A DNA stretch of 64,000 bases from a bacterium (GTDB lineage: Bacteria > Verrucomicrobiota > Kiritimatiellia > RFP12 > UBA1067): contig JBAXOG010000002.1 of the NCBI GenBank assembly GCA_037133395.1, positions 26,180 to 90,179 of the forward strand. The letters run 5' to 3'. This document shows, piece by piece, positions 57,751 to 64,000 of this stretch. The notes beneath the pieces are model-generated. The model searched no databases and was not told the origin of the DNA. It saw only the letters and a program-made list of their open reading frames with translations. A program made the translations under genes and the position numbers. Within the stretch, counting starts at the first letter, position 1, and each line of letters opens with the position of its first letter.

Positions 57751-59886
57751 TTATTGCGCTTCGTAGTAGCGCAGAGCCTCTTGATAACGCGTATTTCCAG
57801 GTTCGCGTTCCAGCGCATATTTAATGAGTTCGACAGCGCCCTTGGGATTACGTTTGCCGACAAGCACCGCGCAATTAAAGGCGGCTTGTCCTGCGCAGCT
57901 CGGATCCTTCATAGCGATACGCAGGCATTTCTCCGCACCGTTGAAATCACCGGTCTCGGCGAGTGCCAGTCCAAGATTCAAATGCACGGCACCATGGTCA
58001 GGCTGATTCTTCGAGGCTTGGCGCAAATAGCTGATCGCCTCCTGGATATTCCCGTTTTGAGAAGCCAGGATCGAGGCATTCACAAACGGCATCACGGTGT
58101 CACTCCGTAACTTCATCGATTCCTTATAGGAGTCCATTGCGCTCGAAAAGTCACCACGCGCCATGCGATAGTTTCCAAGATTGTAGTGGCTCGCCCAATC
58201 GTCAGGACGCGCGGAGAGCATCTCGAGCAACTCCTTTTCTGCTTTTCCAAGCGCGTCAAGGGTCTTTGCGTCAAGCGATGTCCGAGGGTAGGCCGCAAGC
58301 GACTGTGCCGCCTGAATGCGAACCACGCGCACAGGATCAACCAGCGCACGGAACAGCACAGCTACAGAGTCGGAGTCCCGCAAGTTACCGGAAAGCGTAC
58401 CGACTGCTGCACCGCGGACCAAGGCCGAAGGATGCGTAGCGCATTGCCGAACAACTGGCCAGATACTGGCACTTGGGCAGTCCCGAAAGAGGCGTACCAG
58501 CGAAGCGCATACCACGGGTTCCGTCGACTCTGGTGGCTCACACAGATAAGCGAGCATAGCTGGCAAGGTTGTCCAGTCACGCTTACGAGCAGGATCCATC
58601 AGTTCGCCAATACGTAACATCTTCTTCCTTCGCGTATCATCCGGAAACCACGTGCGGACTTTTGCTGCTGCCCAGTCTTCGTCCTTCTTGTTATGGCAAA
58701 GGATGCAGGCTGAAGGCGCGCCATAACGTTTGGCAGCCTCAGGACAAGGCGGACGCTGGGAGTGGTCGCTACGGCGCATGGCAGCAAAGGAGGTCATGGG
58801 CATGTGGCAGGCAATACACGAGCCTGCTTTGCCATCAGGTGCGTGACGTGAATGCGCCTTGATGTTCTTTACCCGGTCAGCATGACAGGAGGAACAGGCC
58901 GCATTGACATCATTCGTAAACTGCTTGTCAAAACGATAGCGTCCGCTCGAGGTATGGCACGAGACACAATTCAAGTTGCTTTTCTTGGCACATGGATTAA
59001 GCAACCAGAGTGTAAAGGTGTAATTTTCACCCAAGTCACGTCCGTCTGCGCTGAAGTCACGGTCTTCAAGCGTGACGAGGTCATAGTGGTTAAAATAGGT
59101 ATCGCCGGGGATATAGCTGGCGGTCAGCGGAATCATCTTGGCATGACATGTCGCACAGGCGCTGTTGATCTGATCAGGCTTAAAGGTGCGCCAGCTCTTC
59201 AGGAAGAGGTTTGTAGGCGACTGTCCTTGGGGGAGGGCACGGCAGACACGATTATGGGTTTCAGCAGGACCATGGCAGGTTTCGCAACTGATACCCGGTT
59301 CGCGCCAGATGGTCTTGTAACTCGCACGTTTAGGGTCGTAATTTTTTTCAAGCTGACTGACATGGCAACTGAAGCACGCCGTATTAAAGGTTAGCATCGA
59401 ATCACGCCATTCGAGTGGCGTGTCGCCTTCAGCATGAAAATGACGCAACATGCTGCCCGTAGTATTAAACCATTCCTTTTCCTTCACGCGGTACGCCACC
59501 GGCAAGACTTGCAGTCTGCCCTTGTCAAGTTGCGTCAGGAAGTAGAAGACATTTTTTCCGCCCATCGCATGCAAGAGGGGAAACGATGCCGTCTTGCCAC
59601 TCTTCAAGATCTCAACCACAGTGCGCTTATCAAGATCGACCGAATAGGCTGCATCACCGATCACGATGGGACTCAGCAGGGGCGTCAAGTCATGGGCAAT
59701 CATCGCTGCCGTGATGGGTTGCAGAGCCTTGCCGTGATGTGACGGCTCCCACTTATGATAGAAGTCCGCATGGCATTCCTTGCACGATGAGGAACCCGCA
59801 TATTCAGCCGAACGCTTGTCCCGCCTACAACCGATGAGGAGCAACAGGGCAAGCGTATAAAAGAACACGTAAAAATTCTTATGCAC
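57751..59886 (-). CDS. Octaheme c-type cytochrome with HEAT and TPR repeats (probable lipoprotein)
   Basis: Eight CxxCH motifs (CKECH, CFSCH, CETCH, CATCH, CVSCH, CSSCH, CIACH, CILCH); LLLIGC lipobox-like; DPVRVVRIQAA HEAT; HYNLG/HLNLG TPRs. Confidence 0.9.
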   Translation of the reverse strand: MHKNFYVFFYTLALLLLIGCRRDKRSAEYAGSSSCKECHADFYHKWEPSHHGKALQPITAAMIAHDLTPLLSPIVIGDAAYSVDLDKRTVVEILKSGKTASFPLLHAMGGKNVFYFLTQLDKGRLQVLPVAYRVKEKEWFNTTGSMLRHFHAEGDTPLEWRDSMLTFNTACFSCHVSQLEKNYDPKRASYKTIWREPGISCETCHGPAETHNRVCRALPQGQSPTNLFLKSWRTFKPDQINSACATCHAKMIPLTASYIPGDTYFNHYDLVTLEDRDFSADGRDLGENYTFTLWLLNPCAKKSNLNCVSCHTSSGRYRFDKQFTNDVNAACSSCHADRVKNIKAHSRHAPDGKAGSCIACHMPMTSFAAMRRSDHSQRPPCPEAAKRYGAPSACILCHNKKDEDWAAAKVRTWFPDDTRRKKMLRIGELMDPARKRDWTTLPAMLAYLCEPPESTEPVVCASLVRLFRDCPSASIWPVVRQCATHPSALVRGAAVGTLSGNLRDSDSVAVLFRALVDPVRVVRIQAAQSLAAYPRTSLDAKTLDALGKAEKELLEMLSARPDDWASHYNLGNYRMARGDFSSAMDSYKESMKLRSDTVMPFVNASILASQNGNIQEAISYLRQASKNQPDHGAVHLNLGLALAETGDFNGAEKCLRIAMKDPSCAGQAAFNCAVLVGKRNPKGAVELIKYALEREPGNTRYQEALRYYEAQ

Positions 59887-60739
59887 GACCCTTTGCCTTC
59901 AAGAATGCGAAGCAACCACGGACGTTTTCAATCGACTTCGGGTTGGCTTCTGATTCGACGATATACCAGTCTGTGACATCCGCTTCACAAGCTGCAAGGA
60001 ATGCGTTCCAGTCAACACCCTTCTTGCCCTCGCCTGGCTGACCCAGAATACCAGGTCCTGGATAAACTTCCTTTGCGTGGGGCGTATACATGCGTTTGGG
60101 ATACTTCTTGATCCAAACCATCGGATCCTCACCAGCGGCCACGACATGACCGACATCCAACTGCATGTTCACTTCTGGCGAAACATGATCAAAGAAAATC
60201 TGGAACTTTGAAACGCCATCAAACTTATCTTTAAACTCGCTCTGATGATTATGATATCCGATACGGACACCGCAGGTTTTGGCCTTCTCTTGCGCCCCGC
60301 TAAAAAGTTTTGCCAGTTCCATCCAGCCAGCAGCATCCTTCGCGTTCATACTTGGAACGGTCACATACGGACATCCAAGCTGATTATAGAAATCCAAAGT
60401 CGCCGAAAGCTTCTCAGGCTTAATCGTATCCAGGCCTGAGTGTGTGCCACAGGCGACCAAGCCATTGTCATCCAAGATCTGCTTGAGTTCCTTGGCGCTC
60501 TTACCAAACATACCGGCAAACTCAACGCCTGCATAGCCGATTCCCTTGACCGCCTTCAACGTACCCACCAGGTCTTTACTGCAGAGATCACGAATCGAAT
60601 AGAGCTGGAGGCCCACTTTAGGTTTTGCCTTAGCAACACTCAACGTGCTGCAGCCCTGCACCATATTCATGGACGCACAGGCAAGACCTGCTGCGCCAAC
60701 TGATATAAACTCCCGACGTGAAAAATCCTGCTTACTCAT
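59879..60739 (-). CDS. Tat-exported sugar phosphate isomerase/epimerase-like TIM barrel (IolE/XylA-like)
   Basis: SRREFI Tat motif; GLQLYSIR, GYHNH..EF, QLDVGH, HAKE, YIVE. Confidence 0.9.
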   Translation of the reverse strand: MSKQDFSRREFISVGAAGLACASMNMVQGCSTLSVAKAKPKVGLQLYSIRDLCSKDLVGTLKAVKGIGYAGVEFAGMFGKSAKELKQILDDNGLVACGTHSGLDTIKPEKLSATLDFYNQLGCPYVTVPSMNAKDAAGWMELAKLFSGAQEKAKTCGVRIGYHNHQSEFKDKFDGVSKFQIFFDHVSPEVNMQLDVGHVVAAGEDPMVWIKKYPKRMYTPHAKEVYPGPGILGQPGEGKKGVDWNAFLAACEADVTDWYIVESEANPKSIENVRGCFAFLKAKGRA

Positions 60740-60764
60740 ATTTGTTTCCTTTTTTTAGATTATG

Positions 60765-61694
60765 TTACTTGGTGTAACCACTGCGTATCACAGACTTCTT
60801 ATCCTTGATGTGCTGGGCATTGAGGGCCGCGCGATTCACAAGATCCTTCATCCGTGATTCATCATTGCTGTTTGCAATAAACGTCCAAAAATCCTTGTTC
60901 ATGCCCGGCGAAAATTCGCGAACAATCGATTTAACTTTATCAGCCTTTCTCTTCAGAACGGGGACGGTGGACGACAATTTTTCAAACTGCTTGGGATCAG
61001 TGACCATGACCGCAAAGGTTTCTGCACGATCCTCCATCTCACTCGTGGTTGCATAGTCGCTGACAAAATCCTTTCGAATATCTGTATCCTTCTTGGCCGC
61101 CATCATCTTACGCTTGTCGTTCTTATCCAGGTTTTCTGAATTTGGAAGGTAAATATTCCCCCCATAGACAAACTGTTTGCTATTCAGCTTTGTCCATTCA
61201 GGATTGTTCCGTTGCTTGTCAGCGATGTGGAACATTTCATGATAGATGATATGCGAATGGATTGGAACATTCAAGACAATGACGCCAGTACTCGTGGCAA
61301 CACCGCCCGCAAGCTGACCATTCATGCGCAAGTTTCGACACAAGACAACCGTATTGAGCTTTGTTTCCTGCAAAAATCGAACGGGAAAAATATCCATTGC
61401 CGCGAAAAAGTGAGGCAGGACCTCTTTCGCTTCATGAGATGTGAGAACATCGCCTGAAATTTGGTTTGGCAACGTATAAGCAATCGCAAATCCGCATTTC
61501 TTTGCAACGCGCAAATACTCCTGCTCAATCATTTCAGGCGTAGCCTCTACGACAGCGGTATCATTGGTCGCGGCCGTCTTCTTCACCAGCGACGTCAATT
61601 CTGCGAAGCCAACCTGTGTCCCCCCTAGCCACGCAAGAACGCCAAGCATTCGAAACCAACGCGTCATACTCCTTCGAAAAGAAATGCCTTTCAT
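60765..61694 (-). CDS. Putative zinc-binding metallopeptidase (alternative start 61667)
   Basis: HEMFH zinc motif; FVSDYATTSEMEDRAETFA. Confidence 0.75.
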   Translation of the reverse strand: MKGISFRRSMTRWFRMLGVLAWLGGTQVGFAELTSLVKKTAATNDTAVVEATPEMIEQEYLRVAKKCGFAIAYTLPNQISGDVLTSHEAKEVLPHFFAAMDIFPVRFLQETKLNTVVLCRNLRMNGQLAGGVATSTGVIVLNVPIHSHIIYHEMFHIADKQRNNPEWTKLNSKQFVYGGNIYLPNSENLDKNDKRKMMAAKKDTDIRKDFVSDYATTSEMEDRAETFAVMVTDPKQFEKLSSTVPVLKRKADKVKSIVREFSPGMNKDFWTFIANSNDESRMKDLVNRAALNAQHIKDKKSVIRSGYTK

Positions 61695-61780
61695 ACTTTT
61701 ATGTCCTAGATGCGAAGGACACAAGCCCATCATATCAGCTTGTGTCCTCACGCAATTATCCTTTGATATCTAAGGAGATT

Positions 61781-63208
61781 TTAAGCCTTAAAGTAATCTT
61801 CCCAACCTTTACGCGGAGGTTCTCCGACGCAAAGCATGGCATTAGCCGCTTCGTGGTTGGTGATTCGGCGGGTCTTCAGGTCGAACTCGACCTTTGCATT
61901 GACACGCGTGGCGATCACGCCGAGCGCCATGAATTGGCAGAGGGGTGCTGCGACCGAGAACGACGAATTGCACGTCGCCTCTCCCTTAACTCCGAGCAAA
62001 AAGTTTTTGTAGTGGTTGCAAGGGCTCTTGGGGTGCTCCGGCAATTTAGCAGCAAACTCCTTGGCATTCGGTCCGACCGGGGTCAACGTGGTTCCGTGCG
62101 ACCCGCCCTTGAAGACGAAGCCGTCACCATAGATTTCCTTGCCCGGAGGCAAGTCCTTCCCAAACCCGGAGCCACCGCCCGAAGTCGGAGCATCGGTCAC
62201 AACCTTGGCCTTGTTAAAGCCCTCAGGAAGTTCAGGGTAATTCTTTTGTCCTTCGTACCAGAATACATCGCAGGCGGGCAGCCCCTCTCCGCGTTCAGGC
62301 ACCTTGAAGAGCAACGTGCACTGCATCGGGAAGGTGATGGGGTTCCAACCGACCATCTTGATAGGCTCGACAGAAGCCGGCAGCCCCCACTTCAGGAACT
62401 GATGCCCCGTATCAAGGATGTGTGCGCCCCAATCGCCGAGCGCACCGTTTCCGAACTCATAGAAACAACGCCAATCGCCGTTGAGGTACTGCGCCGTATA
62501 GTCGTGATCCGCGACATGTGCCAGCCAGGTGTCCCAGTCCATGAAAGACGGTTTCTCCTGCTTGGCGAGTGCGGCCTTGATCTTTTCGACATCGCCGCCC
62601 CACTTATGCCAGCGACGTCCACCATTCATGTGTGCGACGAACTTTGTCACGCCCTTCATCACGCCGGCTTCAGCATACTTCTTGAACTGGAAGTAGTTTC
62701 CCTCGGAATGGCCCTGGTTGCCCATCTGCGTGACCACTTTATATTTCTTCTCTGCCTCCATCAGCAGATCAAGCTGGTGGAAAGAGTGAGCGAGCGGCTT
62801 CTCGACATAGACAGCCTTCCCTCGGCGCATCGCTTCCATCGCGATAACAAAATGGGAATGATCCGGTGTGCCCACGAGGACCGCATCGATCTCCTTGTCC
62901 ATCTTGTCAAACATCTTGCGGAAATCTGTGAATCGTGCAGCCTTCGGGAACTTTTTGAGGTTAGCGCTTACGCGCGCTTTCGGAGAGGTGTCGCCGATCT
63001 CCGTGTCACAGAGTGCAACGATGTTACACAGCCCCGAGGCATACAGGGATTCAATGTCCCTTCCTCCTTGGTTTCCGATGCCGATGCAGGCGAGATTGAC
63101 CTTCTCGTTGGCTGATGCCCCCTGAGCTGAACGGATAAACGGAAACGCGGTCATGGCCGATGCCGCTACTGTGCTTGAGATAAATGTACGTCGTGATGTG
63201 TTAATCAT
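61781..63208 (-). CDS. Tat-exported Gfo/Idh/MocA oxidoreductase
   Basis: SRRTFI Tat motif; CIGIGNQG, GTPDHSH, VYVEKPL, GALGDWGAH. Confidence 0.95.
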   Translation of the reverse strand: MINTSRRTFISSTVAASAMTAFPFIRSAQGASANEKVNLACIGIGNQGGRDIESLYASGLCNIVALCDTEIGDTSPKARVSANLKKFPKAARFTDFRKMFDKMDKEIDAVLVGTPDHSHFVIAMEAMRRGKAVYVEKPLAHSFHQLDLLMEAEKKYKVVTQMGNQGHSEGNYFQFKKYAEAGVMKGVTKFVAHMNGGRRWHKWGGDVEKIKAALAKQEKPSFMDWDTWLAHVADHDYTAQYLNGDWRCFYEFGNGALGDWGAHILDTGHQFLKWGLPASVEPIKMVGWNPITFPMQCTLLFKVPERGEGLPACDVFWYEGQKNYPELPEGFNKAKVVTDAPTSGGGSGFGKDLPPGKEIYGDGFVFKGGSHGTTLTPVGPNAKEFAAKLPEHPKSPCNHYKNFLLGVKGEATCNSSFSVAAPLCQFMALGVIATRVNAKVEFDLKTRRITNHEAANAMLCVGEPPRKGWEDYFKA

Positions 63209-63328
63209 AATGCATTCCTCCTAAGTAAAATAATGATGTATTATGATACGCTTTCTATCTGCGCTTAGCCATTCCTAAATAAAAAGAAGCTACTTTTTTT
63301 TGCGTTTTTTTTCACCACATTCGGAGAA

Positions 63329-63482
63329 GTAATACCACTGCCGAAAAGTATTTAGACCCTATCAAGGGGGCCAGACACACGGGAGGGGCACGCGTCTGCG
63401 TGCCTAGGACGAGCAGACGCTCGTCCCTCCCTGTGTGTGTAATAGCCCTTTTAGCATAAATACTTTTCGGCAGTGGTATAAC
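63329..63482. mobile_element. MITE-like element (23-bp perfect terminal inverted repeats) containing an inverted REP doublet
   Basis: ataccactgccgaaaagtattta at 63332-63354 and its reverse complement at 63457-63479; TAA on both flanks; internal hairpins ggcacgc-gtct-gcgtgcc and ggacgagc-agac-gctcgtcc. Confidence 0.8.
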
Positions 63483-63490
63483 ATCCGAGT

Positions 63491-64000
63491 CTAATCGGAA
63501 ACATCCTCTTCCCTCGGGAGCATATCGGGGTCTAGTTCAAGCGGGGGCAGAAGAATAGGGTCGCCCGGTAACGCCTGATAGGCACATGCAACAATAGGGA
63601 GCCCTTGCTTAAGAAAGAGTAGCTCAAAGTCGGTCTGATCTTCTTCCGTGCGCGTGATAGCGGGCACCTCTTTAAATCGCGACGACACTGCAAAAGCTTT
63701 TCGAATCTCTGCGCCATATTCCTGATGATCCGTGGCAATCTGAATAATACCGTCCTCTTCAAGTCGCATCCAGAGCACATCCAGAAAGAGCGGGGAGAAA
63801 AGTCTATGGCAATGATGCCGACGCTTCGGCCAGGGATCAGGGAAAAAAACGTAAACCGTCTGTAGACGATGTTCTGGCAGCAAGTAGTAAAACGTATAAA
63901 ACGCTTCTAGGCGCAATGCATGCAAGTTACGGGCTGGCAGACGTTCCGCCTTGCGGTTGAGCTTGCGCACGCGTCCCAGCATGCGTTCGATACCGATATA
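63491..64000 (-). CDS. trmB: tRNA (guanine-N7)-methyltransferase, 5' end outside window
   Basis: YIGIER at the window edge; VFFPDPWPKRRHH; IQIATDHQEY; TDFE. Confidence 0.92.
   Translation of the reverse strand, partial: YIGIERMLGRVRKLNRKAERLPARNLHALRLEAFYTFYYLLPEHRLQTVYVFFPDPWPKRRHHCHRLFSPLFLDVLWMRLEEDGIIQIATDHQEYGAEIRKAFAVSSRFKEVPAITRTEEDQTDFELLFLKQGLPIVACAYQALPGDPILLPPLELDPDMLPREEDVSD

Noticed and set aside
1-64000. rRNA, tRNA, prophage or transposase genes
   Set aside because: I recognised none by eye; tRNAscan-SE, Infernal and ISfinder searches would be needed to exclude them formally.

Overview
A 64-kb bacterial chromosomal window dominated by carbohydrate use. Gene content (Rhodopirellula/Verrucomicrobium-type ECF sigma with a FecR-LamG anti-sigma, HzsA-like proteins, autotransporter-repeat proteins without a beta-barrel, sulfatase) suggests a PVC-superphylum organism, possibly Kiritimatiellae or Lentisphaerae; this is inference. 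It contains two PUL-like loci without SusC/SusD. In each, a regulator precedes a large secreted beta-helix/Ig protein with a shared ~100-aa C-terminal domain ending KxxGT(L/M)I(R/K)xF, followed by glycoside hydrolases. The second locus (about 12 kb, GC-richer) lies between an intact GntR gene and an in-frame, 87%-identical orphan copy of that gene's last 165 bp, which suggests an insertion into the gene's 3' end. Also present: an uncharacterised sugar/polyol catabolic operon; two defence-like genes (AAA-DUF4143, DUF1016) separated by three direct copies of a REP-like hairpin repeat; a NotI-like endonuclease paired with an adenine methyltransferase; an octaheme cytochrome-HEAT-TPR protein; a MITE-like element containing a REP doublet; and a family of 8-bp-period intergenic tandem repeats. 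I saw no rRNA, tRNA or CRISPR array. Family names come from motif recognition, not database searches. Start codons were adjusted from the ORF track where RBS or overlap evidence supports it.
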